The notes: a model not told the origin generated them from the sequence alone. Shown: positions 14,856 through 33,479, numbered from the stretch's first letter. The stretch is DNA of 64,000 nucleotides from the human T2T-CHM13v2.0 reference genome, Homo sapiens (GCA_009914755.4 CP068257.2:32288001-32352000); one strand, 5' to 3'. Numbers and translations: made by a program.

Positions 14856-15160
14856 CCGGGCGCTGTGGCTCACACCTGCAATCTAAGTACTTTGGGAGGC
14901 TGAGGTGGGCAGATGGGCTTGAACTCAGGAGTTCAAGACCAGCCTCGGCAACATGGTGAAACAATGTATCTACAAAAAAAAAAAAAAAAAAAAATTAGCT
15001 GGGCGTATGGTCCCAGCTACTTGGGAGGCTGAGGTGGGAGAATCACTTGAACCCTGAGGGGCAGAGGTTGCAGTAAGCCAAGATCGCACCACTGTGCTCC
15101 AGCCTGGGTGACAGAGTGAGACCCTGTCTCAAAAAAAAAAAAAAAAAACAAAAAAAGAAA
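14856..15160 (+). mobile_element. Alu
   Basis: It matches the Alu consensus. Confidence 0.9.
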
Positions 15161-15490
15161 AAGAAGTGAAGAGACTTAGCACTCTGCAGTTATCGCGCTT
15201 TCTCTCTGCACAAACTCAAATCATTTAAAAATGAGTTATTTTAATATTTTAGTAGTTGAGGCCAATGGAGTCAAAGGTACTTGCCCAAGGCCACAGGGCA
15301 AAACTCGGACATCTAATCTCGATGTTTTTGTTTACACTGACCTTCAATTCAAAATAAATATTGCTCGCTGTTTTATTTTCTCTACAAAGAAACCATATGC
15401 AGTGGTAGAAATGAGCAGTGTGGTGGCATCAGACCCTCACTGTACATGCTCTTAAAAAAGTGACTCAAAGGCTTAAAAAGTGACTTAAAG

Positions 15491-15770
15491 CCTCACACCT
15501 GTAATCCCAGCACTTTGGGAGGCCGAGGCGGGCGGATCACCTGAGGTCAGGAGTTTGAGACCAGCCTCGTCAGCAGGGTGAAACCCCATCTCTACTAAAA
15601 ATACAAAAATTAGCCAGGTATGGTGGTGAATGCCTGTAATCCCAGTTACTCAGGAGGCTGAGACAGGAGAATCATTTGAACCCGCGGGGCGGAGGTTGCA
15701 GTGAGCCTAGATTGTGCCACTGCACTCCCGCCTGGGCGACAGAGTGAGACTCCACCTCAAAAAAAAAAAG
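15491..15770 (+). mobile_element. Alu, with TSD aaaagtgacttaaa
   Basis: It matches the Alu consensus and the flanks are duplicated. Confidence 0.9.
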
Positions 15771-15785
15771 TGACTTAAAATAAAT

Positions 15786-16080
15786 TTTTGTTTGTGTGAC
15801 AGGGTCTCACTTTGTCACTCAGGCTGGAGTGCAGGGGTGAAATAATGGTTCACTACAGCCTAAACCTCCCAGGCTCAAGCAATCCTCCCACCGCAGCCTC
15901 CCTAGTTGCTGGGACTATAGGGATGCACCACCATGCCGCCAGCTAATTCTGTTATCTTTTTGTAGAGATGAGGGTCTTACTATGTTGCCCAGGCTGGTTT
16001 TGAACTCCTGGGCTTAAGCGATATTCCCCCCTCCACCTCCTAAAGTGCTGGGATTACAGGCTTGTGCCACCACACCCGGC
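15786..16080 (-). mobile_element. Alu
   Basis: It matches the Alu consensus. The flanks share the aaaagtgactt motif. Confidence 0.88.
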
Positions 16081-16295
16081 TAAAAGTGACTTTTCCTTTA
16101 ACCCAGAAAGAACGCTTCCAATCTATACTAGTCAGAAATCTGGACCAGTGTTAATGTGGAAAATGCTCACCACACTCAGCTTTAAAACGGCAAAAAACTA
16201 GAAACACATGTCTGAACATAAGAAAATGGCTTTTTAAATGGCATATTATGTAGCCACTAAAATGAGATTTTTCAGGGTTGGATGCAGGACTATAA

Positions 16296-16614
<319 letters not shown>

Positions 16615-17034
16615 TTAATGACATAAAAAGTACTTAATGACATGAGGAAAAATTACAAACCACACTGTGTGTTTTTCTACACAGTGAAAAATGCTCACTA
16701 CACTATAGTAGTGAGCATATGTCACTACTATAATCAGAAAAAAAAGGATGACACGATCCTGTCACTTATTAATGACTATGGCCCTTAAAGGGGAGATACA
16801 TCCTCTGTGGTTTCTGATAACACAGCTTCTGATATGAAAGGCAATTGCCTCAAGTTAAGGAGATCCATGAAAGACTGAGGAATTGGATCAGATTACCTCT
16901 TAAATTCCTTCCAAAGCTTAGCTTTAACGTAGACTCCTCCAACCTGGGGGAATTTTCTTTAGCTCTGCAGAATGCAGATAAGGATGGTATTTGTTCAGAG
17001 CAAAGGATAGTAATAACAATTTCCCTGTGCATTT

Positions 17035-17190
17035 CTTTTTTTGAGTCAGGGTCTTGCTGTGTCCCTCGGGCTGGAGTGCAGTGGCACCATCACAGTTCAC
17101 TTGCAGCCTCGACCTCCCTGGGTTCAAGCCATCCTCCTGCCTCAGCCTCCAGAGGAGCTGGACTACAGACGTGAGCCACCATGTCTGGCC
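17035..17190 (-). mobile_element. Partial Alu or monomer
   Basis: It has gagtcagggtcttgctgtg...gtgagccaccatgtctggcc. Confidence 0.75.
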
Positions 17191-18679
17191 CCTATACATT
17201 TTGTCACACCAGAAGGACCTGAGAAATGTTTGCATTGTTCAAGTATTTATTTATCTTGGAGTGAATTCTGCTTCAATTTTGTCTTTCTGTTCTTTTCTTT
17301 TCTGAGTTCATTTTAAAAAACTGCATGAATCCTTTCTAGCAGACCAGAGCCACTTGTTGTCTTGGGGTGATGGGCTTTTACATGTAGCTGGTCTTTCTGT
17401 TTAAACCCAAAGGATGGGAAAGTGCCCTTGACAGCTTTCAGCAAGGATCTCTAGCACTTACAAAAAGGGGGCTTTAGGGGAGTCATGCCAATCTATGGAG
17501 GTCACTGGGCTGGAACCGATCAGGCTTTCAACAAAAAAAGTGTTGATAGAAATGGACAATGGGATTCCAGGTACTGAATCCATATCATTTTAAACTGTTT
17601 ATCTTTAGGACTTGGCGCATCTGCTAGAGAAAAACAGCAAATAGCACATCTAAAAACAGCTTGGTGGTTTTTTGCATCTTTAGAGAAAGCTGCTTTAGGA
17701 GGGTCTGCAGTATAGACCTCCTGTATCTGCAAGGTGACAGACGGAGGACCCCAAGCCGTGGGAACTGGTCACCTACTGTGGGGCCCAGGCCTCTCCCCAC
17801 TGCAGGTCAAGCCCATCTTGAAGCCACCACCTGCTTAGTGCTCAAGGTCACCGCTCTCAGCCTGGTCCAGGTGCTGAAGGATCATCTCGACACGAGGGGG
17901 CGCCATCTCCTCACATTGTGAGGAAGCCTCTGGCATCGGGATGAATTTTGTTCTAGAGCTTTCCTTCTACAAACCTCGGTGTTGTTCTCGCTCACATGCA
18001 AGAAAGAATCGGAGTATTGTGAGGTCTGCAAATGAAAGGGTCCCTTGCCAAATGCTCTAATCCAGGCTCCTGGTGTTTGCGGGCCCAGATAGCTACAGTT
18101 TGTTGTCCCCTGGCTGCAAACCTTCTAGGAGTTTCTAGCTTTAGAAACCCTAGAAACAAACCCCTTCTAATGTTTCAGCTCCACAGCCCCTGCCCACCCA
18201 GCCCCTCAGACTTCCCATAGCAACCCAGGTTGGAGTCATCTCGCCCAGGTTTTCATATCTGCTCCACGGGCTTCACAGAAAAGTGCTGCTGGCTTGGAGC
18301 AGATCCGTAACTCTGATATCAAAGTCCTTTTTCTTTTGGGGCTAGGGCAGTTCAGGGAGAAGTTATGCCACTAAATGGGTGCCTTGTTGGGGAAGACGGT
18401 AATGACTGTAGGAATGAACAAATGATAAACAGCAGAACATTCTTCTGTTCATTGATTTGAATCAAAACAGACTGTAAATTGAGATGAGGAATGAATGTAT
18501 TAATAGTAAACTGGACCTGCTTGGTGCCCTTTTTTGATGTCATGAAGCACTCTGCAGTTCCAGCTGCGGCCAAGCCTTGGGGCCTGGGGGACCTGGGTCA
18601 CTGGAGTCTGGTTATGATCCTGTTGTTCCTGCAGAGGCAGCGTCAGGTTCTGCAGCCCCAGGGCCTGGGTTGGAATTGC

Positions 18680-18830
18680 AGCCCTTCCCTTCACCAGCTG
18701 TGTGACTTGGGCAAGTTGCCTAACCTCCTGCCTCATTTCCTTACCTGGAGAATGGAGATAGTGATGGTATATATCATGTAAATTATGTAATGCCTGCAAA
18801 ACATTTAACGCAGCGTGGGCAAGGAGTCGG
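18680..18830 (+). mobile_element. MIR fragment
   Basis: It has gctgtgtgacttgggcaagttgcctaacctcctgcctcatttcc. Confidence 0.6.
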
Positions 18831-18947
18831 CACACCACAAACTAGAGCTGTTACTCTCATCCCCAGGATGCAGTCCCCTCTAAATGCAGTATTTTGTCTT
18901 TCAATAGAGGCAAGATGAATGCAAACATGGATCATGCTTCATTATGG

Positions 18948-19248
<301 letters not shown>

Positions 19249-19277
19249 TTCCATTTTGGAATGTTAATGCTTTGTTT

Positions 19278-19289
19278 CATTACCTTCTT
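19278..19289. repeat. L1 target-site duplication, left copy (cattaccttctt)
   Basis: An identical 12-mer occurs again at 25315-25326, immediately outside the L1 5' end. Confidence 0.75.
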
Positions 19290-19535
19290 TTTTTAAATTT
19301 TTATTTATTTTTTATTTATTTTTATTTTTTTATTATACTTTAAGTTTTAGGGTACATGTGCACATTGTGCAGCTTAGTTACATATGTATACATGTGCCAT
19401 GCTGGTACACTGCACCCACTAACTCGTCATCTAGCATTAGGTATATCTCCCAATGCTATCCCTCCCCCCCTCCCCCCACCCCACAGCAGTCCCCAGTGTG
19501 ATATTCCCCTTCCTGTGTCCATGTGTTCTCATTGT

Positions 19536-23353
<3,818 letters not shown>

Positions 23354-23401
23354 TTATTTTGCTCGTTAGTTGATGCAGTTTCTTCCTAGTCGCGATGGTC
23401 T

Positions 23402-24418
23402 TTACATTTTGGCATGATTTTGCAGCGGCTGGTACCGGTTGTTCCTTTCCATGTTTAGCGCTTCCTTCAGGAGCTCTTTTAGGGCAGGCCTGGTGGTGAC
23501 AAAATCGCTCAGCATTTGCTTGTCTGTAAAGTATTTTATTTCTCCTTCGCTTATGAAGCTTAGTTTGGCTGGATATGAAATTCTGGGTTGAAAATTCTTT
23601 TCTTTAAGAATGTTGAATATCGGCCCCCACTCTCTTCTGGCTTGTAGGGTTTCTGCCAAGAGATCCGCTGTTAGTCTGATGGGCTTCCCTTTGAGGGTAA
23701 CCCGACCTTTCTCTCTGGCTGCCCTTAACATTTTTTCCTTCATTTCAACTTTGGTGAATCTGACAATTATGTGTCTTGGAGTTGCTCTTCTCGAGGAGTA
23801 TCTTTGTGGCGTTCTCTGTATTTCCTGAATCTGAACGTTGGCCTGCCTTGCTAGATTGGGGAAGTTCTCCTGGATAATATCCTGCAGAGTATTTTCCAAC
23901 TTGGTTCCATTCTCCCCATCACTTTCAGGTACACCAATCAGACGTAGATTTGGTCTTTTCACATAGTCCCAAATTTCTTGGAGGCTTTGCTCATTTCTTT
24001 TTATTCTTTTTTCTCTAAACTTCCCTTCTCGCTTCATTTCATTCATTTCATCTTCCATCACTGATACCCTTTCTTCCAGTTGATCCCATCGGCTCCTGAG
24101 GCTTCTGCATTCTTCACGTAGTTCTCGAGCCTTGGTTTTCAGCTCCATCAGCTCCTTTAAGCACTTCTCTGCATTGGTTATTCTAGTTATATATTCTTCT
24201 AAATTTTTTTCAAAGTTTTCAACTTCTTTACCTTTGGTTTGAATGTCCTCCCGTAGCTCAGAGTAATTTGATCGTCTGAAGCCTTCTTCTCTCAGCTCGT
24301 CAAAGTCATTCTCCATCCAGCTTTGTTCCGTTGCTGGTGAGGAACTGCGTTCCTTTGGAGGAGGAGAGGCGCTCTGCATTTTAGAGCTTCCAGTTTTTCT
24401 GTTCTGTTTTTTCCCCAT
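23402..24418 (-). CDS. L1 ORF1 (ORF1p), intact at 338 aa
   Basis: The open frame starts MGKKQNRKTG and ends QNHAKM, with the same length as human L1 ORF1p. The 63-nt inter-ORF spacer is as in L1HS. Confidence 0.9.
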   Translation of the reverse strand: MGKKQNRKTGSSKMQSASPPPKERSSSPATEQSWMENDFDELREEGFRRSNYSELREDIQTKGKEVENFEKNLEEYITRITNAEKCLKELMELKTKARELREECRSLRSRWDQLEERVSVMEDEMNEMKREGKFREKRIKRNEQSLQEIWDYVKRPNLRLIGVPESDGENGTKLENTLQDIIQENFPNLARQANVQIQEIQRTPQRYSSRRATPRHIIVRFTKVEMKEKMLRAAREKGRVTLKGKPIRLTADLLAETLQARREWGPIFNILKEKNFQPRISYPAKLSFISEGEIKYFTDKQMLSDFVTTRPALKELLKEALNMERNNRYQPLQNHAKM

Positions 24419-25314
24419 CTTTGTGGTTTTATCTACTTTTGGTCTTTGATGATGGTGATGTACAGATGGGATTTTGGTGTGGATGTCCTTTCTGTTTATT
24501 AGTTTTCCTTCTAACAGACAGGACCCTCAGCTGCAGGTCTGTTGGAATACCCTGCCGTGTGAGGTGTCAGTGTGCCCCTGCTGGGGGGTGCCTCCCAGTT
24601 AGGCTGCTCGGGGGTCAGGGGTCAGGGACCCACTTGAGGAGGCAGTCTGCCCGTTCTCAGATCTGCAGCTGCGTGCTGGGAGAACCACTGCTCTCTTCAA
24701 AGCTGTCAGACAGGGACATTTAAGTCTGCAGAGGTTACTGCTGTCTTTTTGTTTGTCTGTGCCCTGCCCCCAGAGGTGGAGCCTACAGAGGCAGGCAGGC
24801 CTCCTTGAGCTGTGGTGGGCTCCACCCAGTTCCAGCTTCCCGGCTGCTTTGTTTACCTAATCAAGCCTGGGCAATGGCGGGCTCCCCTCCCCCAGCCTCG
24901 CTGCTGCCTTGCAGTTTGATCTCAGACTGCTGTGCTAGCAATCAGCGAGACTCCGTGGGCGTAGGACCCTCCGAGCCAGGTGTGGGATATAGTCTCGTGG
25001 TGCGCCGTTTTTTAAGCCCGTCGGAAAAGCGCAGTATTCGGGTGGGAGTGACCCGATTTTCCAGGTGCGTCCGTCACCCCTTTCTTTGACTCGGAAAGGG
25101 AACTCCCTGACCCCTTGCGCTTCCCAAGTGAGGCAATGCCTCGCCCTGCTTCGGCTCGCGCACGGTGCGCGCACCCACTGACCTGCGCCCACTGTCTGGC
25201 ACTCCCTAGAGAGATGAACCCGGTACCTCAGATGGAAATGCAGAAATCACCGTCTTCTGCGTCGCTCACGCTGGGAGCTGTAGACCAGAGCTGTTCCTAT
25301 TCGGCCATCTTGGC

Positions 25315-25326
25315 TCCTTATTCTCA
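25315..25326. repeat. L1 target-site duplication, right copy (cattaccttctt)
   Basis: It matches 19278-19289. Confidence 0.75.
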
Positions 25327-26589
25327 TTACCTTCTTGAGTTGTGGCTCAGACACTACAACAGAGCTCTGTCACCTCTTTCTAAAAGCTGGGAAATGGTTA
25401 TTGTCAACGCCAGCCCCATTTTGGAGGCACCTGGTTGCAGGGGACCACAGCTAGGTGAGTCACAACTGGGTGTCTTCATCAGGGGGTTTACAAGGGAAGA
25501 CAGACTAGTGATTTTAGAACAATCAGCAATCAGGGCACATTGGCAAGCAAGCACAGAGCAAGATTTATTTTATAAAAAAGAGCGTTTATGTTTGGTTCAA
25601 ACAAAAATGTGAGAACGGCCGAGGCTTTGTAGGAGTTCACCACGAAAAAGGAAATTACATGGTAAAAAAAAAAAAAAGAAAAAAAAGAAAGATAAATTCT
25701 ACATTTTTTTCTTTATATAATTATTTAGCTGGAGCAAAAGTGAAAGTAAAAGTTGGGGCAAGGAAACACATTCAGATGTGGGGAAGTGCTCCCAGAACGT
25801 GGGACAGCGAGTGGCGGAGTCCGATTTTGAAATGCTCCAGAGAGAATATGATCTTCCTGGACCCCACAGTGGGATGCACCACCCCAAAAACCATTGGCAA
25901 AGTTTGGTGACAGAGGAATCATTTTGTTTCTTTTTATGCATAAAGAACACACAGAAAGGAACACTTGCTTTGAGGATCCTGGTAAATCAGGCTGGTGTTC
26001 TGTTGGGGCAGTGCAGTTTGGTACAAGGAAGTGGTCACTGCTGACCCCACGGAGAGGCTGGGAAAAGCGTAGATGAGGTGACTGGAGAATAAAGGAGGCT
26101 TTTTCTAGCTCAAGGTTTAAAGGCAGCCACAGTGTCTGTAGCAGATGAATTAGTGTGACCTTGGAGATGGCCCCTTGACCCGAAAGTGGTAAAGAATGCC
26201 ATACTTTTCATTTTGCAGGACACCTCCTTGGGGGAGGCTGGGCTGGTAGCATATTTCTACGGGCTTATGGTTCTGTGGATAGAATTGTAGGGCTGGATAA
26301 AAGCACTGGCTATTTTGAGTTTTTAAGCAATCAGGGGGCTATTAGTGGGGTGGTCTTTGGGAACCAAGGCCAAATCTGCAGGACAGCAGAGTAATTCAGA
26401 TCATCTATATTGTATGGCTTGAAATGGGATAGAAAGCCATCTTTATTCATTCATTCATTGCAGGCATGAACTCTTTAAACAAATATGAGTGGCCTATTTG
26501 AGATCATGATAGAAATTGTAGGGAATAGAGAAGCAACCAAGACTGACCCTATAAGGAGCTGTCACCAACTCCCTTTGAATCAATTTTAA

Positions 26590-26880
26590 CTTTTTTCTTT
26601 TTTTTGGGACAAGGCTTTCACCCAGGATGGAGTGCAGTGATGCAATCTCGGCTCACTGCAACCTCTGCCACCTGGGCTCAAGCCATCCTCCCACCTGAGC
26701 CTCTCAAGTAGCTGGGACCACAGGCGCACATCATCACACTCGGCTACTTTTTGTATTTTTTGTAGAGATGAGGTTTCATCATATTGGCAAGGCTGGTCTT
26801 GAACTCGTGAGCTCAAGCGATTTACCTGCCTCAGCCTCCCAAAGTGCTGGGATTATAAATGTAAGCCATCATGCTTGGCC
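26590..26880 (-). mobile_element. Alu
   Basis: It matches the Alu consensus. Confidence 0.88.
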
Positions 26881-27492
26881 TGAACCAATTTTAACTTTTA
26901 AAAATCACCTTTTCTTTGTTATACATTCAAGAAGACACTGAGATGGGCATTAGACTAACATCAAGCTAAGTTGCATATAATTTCATAAACTCTGAGCTTT
27001 CTTGAATATATTTTTTAATTTGTGGGAATTCCTTGTACACCTGAGCCCCAAAGACACAGCAAACTCCAGTCATAGCTTGGCAATTAAATGAAGCAATGAA
27101 AGAGAGAGAAAAAAAATGATAAAAACAAGTCATTCCAGTTGGCAGAGCCTCACAGTACAGTTCTCAAAGTGGCTGTTCATCAGAAATGAAGTTGGCACCA
27201 TCTTAGGGACATTGGATCAAGTCAGTCCATTTGTGACAAGGACAAAAGGAGTAGTAGTCTTTCCTTTTGTGATGTGTGACAGCACTGCTCACCCTGGAAT
27301 TAATGGGGTTTATATAATCCAGATTTGCTGATGTCCTCAGGGCCTGGAAATTTTCCTTATTTGTGTTCCAATTCTAAAGGTTTCCTGAGAATATTCTAGA
27401 AGTAGTCTTTCATGGTAGCCATCAATCCTGGCTACTGATTGAAGTCAACTGTAGAGCTTAAAAAATGACAGATGTCCACCAAAGGCCTATGA

Positions 27493-27810
<318 letters not shown>

Positions 27811-28136
27811 CTTATTTTATTTTTAATTAATTGTTGAGCTTGAATATTCAGTGATTGAACAGGGATTAAATATCCCAGCATATCTATGGTGGAACGCTAT
27901 GCTGCTGTTTAAAACTATGGTGAAAAAGAATTTGTTGACCTGAGACAATATTCATAATGCCTTGCTAAGTTTTTTTTTTTTTAAAAGAGCAGGCTCAAAT
28001 TCAAGAAAGAGTAGCCTGTGTATAAATGAGGTTTTTGTTAAATAATTGTGTATTTATACACATTATATAAAAGGCCAGAAAGAACCTCAAAAACTGTTGA
28101 CAGTGTTGGCTTCTGAGCAATGATTTCTGTTTGTCT

Positions 28137-28437
<301 letters not shown>

Positions 28438-29074
28438 TAGTTATGTTTCATAATAAAAAGAAGACACTCCAAATGGAAGGTTACAGCTGACCTTAGGGAC
28501 AGTGTCCCCTTTGATGACTTGGGACCTCCCCTTATGGGAGCAGAGACAGCTGGCCGGTTGCAATGGGTCTGTAGGTCCTGAACTGAAAGTGTGACAGGTT
28601 TCTAGGGTGGGACTGGAGTGAACCAAATATCTTGATAGGATAAATTTTGCAGAAATATTTTATACAAGTAAAATCAACACTGTGGACTCAGCTTTGATGT
28701 TTTTAAAAAATTTTTGCATGCTAAATTAAAAAAAATTGTATTGCCCCCTGCTTTATTGAGACATAATTGACAAGTAAAATTGAATATATTTAAGGTACAG
28801 AATGTAATGACTTGATATACATAAACATTGCAAGATGCTTACCACAATCAAGTTAATGAACGTATTCATAACCTCCCACAGTTACTTTTGGATGTGTGTG
28901 TATGGTGAGAATACTTAAGTTCTTCTCTGTTAGCAAATTTCAAGTGTACTATACATTGTTATTAACTATAGTCACCATGCTATACATTAAGTCTCCAGAC
29001 AAAACAGTTTTAAACACATTATTCTAAAGTATCCCTGGAGCTAACAATTATATATGATCCCCCTTATTTCTCAT

Positions 29075-29387
29075 ATTTCTTTTCTTTTCTTTCTTTTCTT
29101 TTCTTTTGAGAGGAGTCTCGCTGTGTTGCCCAGGCTAGAGTGCAGTGGCACGATCTCGGCTCACTGCAACCTCCACCTCCTGGTTCAAGGGATTCTCCTG
29201 CCTCAGCCTCCCAAATAGCTGGGATTACAGGTGCCTGCTGCCACACCCAGCTAATTTTTGTATTTTTAGTAAAGATGGGATTTCACCATGTTGGTCAGGT
29301 TGGTTTCAAACTCCTGACCTTAAGTGATCCACCTGCCTCGGCCTCCAAAGTGCTGGGATTACAGGCATGAGCCACCACACCCAGCCT
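29075..29387 (-). mobile_element. Alu, with a (TTCTT)n-type tail
   Basis: It matches the Alu consensus. Confidence 0.9.
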
Positions 29388-29700
29388 GTTTGTCTTTTCT
29401 TTAGTGTTTCTCTGTGGTTTTGGAGTTTTAAGCATTAATCTCACGTTACTTTTGTACTGAGGAAGAATCCCCTCAATAAATATTAATGCTTTCCCCTTCA
29501 GGGACAACATGGTGAGGAGCAGCAAAGAAGAAACGAGATACGTGTGGCTGCTTCATTTACTCATTCATGATTTTTGGTTAGCCTTTGAAAGTTTATTTTT
29601 CAATTTTATTTAGTCTTTTTTTTGTATTCATAAAGGAAAAAAAAAGGGTCTTCAGTGCTTGTGTGAGCCTGGCACTTGGTTTTATGCCCTTGGGCTGTAG

Positions 29701-30037
<337 letters not shown>

Positions 30038-30584
30038 AAGTGCTGCAGTTCTTACTCTCCAGCTCACAGAAGAGGCAACGAGGAGCCTGTTGAAATGCAG
30101 ATTCTCTCCCAAGAGGCTCTGTGAAGTAGTCCTGGGTGGGGCCAGGAATTTCCTATTTTAAACCAGCTCCTCATGTGATTCTGAGCTATCTGGCACGGGT
30201 CTCTGAGAACCTGTAAATGGGGCTTAAATTGCTCAAAGCCTAAAGACAATGAAAAGTGGCAGAATGTGAAGACCCGGTTTGTTGGTTTCACCCTGGAATC
30301 TCAACTGAGTTCCCCCAGAATGTCCCTGGACCCATGACCCTCAGCTGAAATGTCTTAGTTTAGAATGTGACATGTCTAAGTGGGATGACAATCAAAATAG
30401 ACCCAGCTGGGAAGTTGCCAGCATCCTTGAAGGTTGTTAGATGTGGCAAACACCTTCCTTCCTTCTTTAAGGGTGGTAAGAAAACAACAGCTCAGGAAGT
30501 CATAATAATTCTAACAGCAGCATCTACTTAGCACTGTCTAAGCACTTCATGTTCATTTACTCATGTAATCCTCCCCAAACCTAT

Positions 30585-30730
30585 AGGATGCCTATAGGTA
30601 AAATCATCCCCATTTTACAGATGAGGAAACTGAGGTTTAGAGAGGTGAATGATCTTGCCCAAGACTACATGGCCAATCAGTTAGCTTGCCTCCAAAGACC
30701 CTGGGCTTAACTGCTATATTATCCAACCCC
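30585..30730 (-). mobile_element. MIR
   Basis: It has ccccattttacagatgaggaaactgaggtttagagaggtgaa... Confidence 0.7.
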
Positions 30731-31296
30731 AAACTCTACCAGTGGCCACTGTGCAAATTCTGGCTGTGTGGCTGCCTCCAGGGTTCAAGAATATTGACCA
30801 TTGCCTGGCAGCTTGCTGCTTGGGGGCCCCTGCTGAACATTTTCTGGTGTGAAATCATTATTTAACTTCAACCTTCTAAAACTGTGCCCTTCATGGTCCC
30901 AGCTAGCACAAAGGTAAAAACACTTGATAAAACGCATAAAACACAGCCAGCAGCGTATTTCCAAATCACGTTGTAAGCCAGGCAGCGTTCTCTTGAAACA
31001 TACATCCTTGGGGGCAAAGCAGTTAAGAGAGGTTCCACTGCAGTGTGTGGACTGGGGTGTTCACTGAACCAGACAAAGCTGGGGGTTTTGGGATGCCAGA
31101 GGCCTGTAGTGGGAACAGCTAGGGGAGGACTGCAGCCAATCTGGATAGTGGCAACAGGACAGGGAAATTGACTCTAGTTTTTGCTCAGTAGCAAAACTGT
31201 TTTGAAAGAGAATCTCTCCTCTACCTCACCCCCAGGCATGTTTTTTAAGTCTTTAAAAAATACTGTTAAAGCAAACTATATATGGATATGGCCTGA

Positions 31297-31671
<375 letters not shown>

Positions 31672-31943
31672 TAACTTTGAAACAGATTGAAACCCTAATT
31701 TAGGATTATGACAAGATTGAAATCCTAATTGAGGAGTATGCAGCTGTAACAATTGCCGAGTCTTGGCCAATCCCAGCAGCCTTACTTCAACCGCTCATAC
31801 ACTGCTGAGTGTTCACACTCTGTTCAAATAAGGCAAACGCCGAGCTGTAACCGATCCAGCTGTTTCAGAATCTCACCTCCGATTTCTGTACGTCACTTCC
31901 TTTTTTTTTTTTTTTTTTTTTATAAATTTGTTCAGACCCGAGT

Positions 31944-31958
31944 CATCCCTGGAGTCTC
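31944..31958. repeat. 15-bp direct repeat (catccctggagtctc), left copy flanking the U2 fragment
   Basis: A perfect copy occurs at 31993-32007. Confidence 0.85.
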
Positions 31959-31992
31959 ACACTTGATCTTAGCCAAAAGGCCGAGAAGCGAT
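31959..31992 (-). pseudogene. 34-nt fragment identical to U2 snRNA nucleotides 1-34
   Basis: The plus strand reads acacttgatcttagccaaaaggccgagaagcgat. This is the reverse complement of ATCGCTTCTCGGCCTTTTGGCTAAGATCAAGTGT. Confidence 0.85.
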
Positions 31993-32007
31993 CATCCCTG
32001 GAGTCTC
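31993..32007. repeat. 15-bp direct repeat, right copy
   Basis: It is identical to 31944-31958. Confidence 0.85.
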
Positions 32008-32169
32008 TCTGAATCTGCCGTGATCCTGGGGGCTGCCCGATTCGTGCATTGTTCATTGCTCAATTAAACTCCTTTAAATTTAATTTGGCTGAAGTTTTTC
32101 TTTTAATGATACTATGATGTGTCATTATTATTTCACTTTTCAAATTATTCAAAATTATTTTCAATTTTA

Positions 32170-32400
32170 TGGTATGGTACATACCGTAAAATTTCTGTAC
32201 TCTTTTAAAGCTTACATTTCAGTGGTTTTCAGTATATTCACAAGGTTGTGCAACCATCACCACTATCTGGTTCTAGAACATTTTCTTCACCCCCAAAGAA
32301 GCTTCATACCCATTAGCGGTCACTTTCCATTCCTTCTTCCCCACAGCCCCTGGCAAATTCTGACGGTTTTAATGGTTAAATCTTTTCAATTACATCACAA
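32170..32400 (+). mobile_element. Ancient L1M 3'UTR fragment
   Basis: It has gtgcaaccatcaccactatctggttctagaacattttcttcaccc, the typical L1M 3' region. Confidence 0.6.
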
Positions 32401-32478
32401 GACACCATGGAACTCATTACTCTTTCTGGCACATAGTAGGTACTTAGTAAATTTTTTTTTTTTGTGATAAAGCTTTCA

Positions 32479-32838
<360 letters not shown>

Positions 32839-33479
32839 CTAGAAGAAGACGACATACAGCTGAGTTGGATTTTTTCCCCCTCCTCTCCCATTTAGAAAAG
32901 TCTGAACTCAGAGGTCTCATGTCAACTGGATAATTGTTTTATTGGCCTTATTCTTAACTTAGTGTGATTTAGGAAAAGACAAGGACATCTAGAGTCATGT
33001 TGTAATCACAGTTCTGTGATATTTCATGTTTTTCTAACTCATAAAAATACAGTGAGGAAATCAACAGCTTGGACTGTGGGAAAAGAAGTAAAGCTGAAAC
33101 TCTGATACGCACAGGCCTGAGTATGTTGTTTACAGAATGAAAAGCGAGTTCCACATAAGCTGAGACTTGGCTTCAGTCATGCCTGGGAATCTACAAACTC
33201 AATGCCCTCTCACTGGCAGAACATAAAAGCTAAAGATTACCCCTAATCCCGTGGCATTTTAAAATCCATGGAATGGGCTTTGGTGCTCAGCAATTTTCAC
33301 TTAAAGTCACACACTCTTTTGGAGGTACAAATGTTTCAGTTCCCCCAGTAGTATCTCTGGTAAGACTTACCAGAATGAATATTGATGCAGATGAAGACAC
33401 GATTGTTCTGTCCAGAAGTGATCACACTCCCCTTCACCCCCAAGTTCCACTTTTTAAACAATTCAAATAATGGAAGCTC

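Larger units (their letters stand above)
31745..32060 (-). mobile_element. Unclassified retroposed unit, read on the minus strand. It ends in an A22 tail (31900-31921), contains an embedded U2 fragment, and has CCAAT-like and TGACGT-like motifs.
   Basis: The poly(T) run is preceded on the minus strand by an aaatttat signal-like sequence. The family is not identified. Confidence 0.4.

Noticed and set aside
31959-31992. A functional U2 snRNA gene
   Set aside because: Only nucleotides 1-34 are present. There is no Sm site, no stem-loops III/IV, no PSE/DSE promoter and no 3' box. It is a fragment insertion, not a gene.
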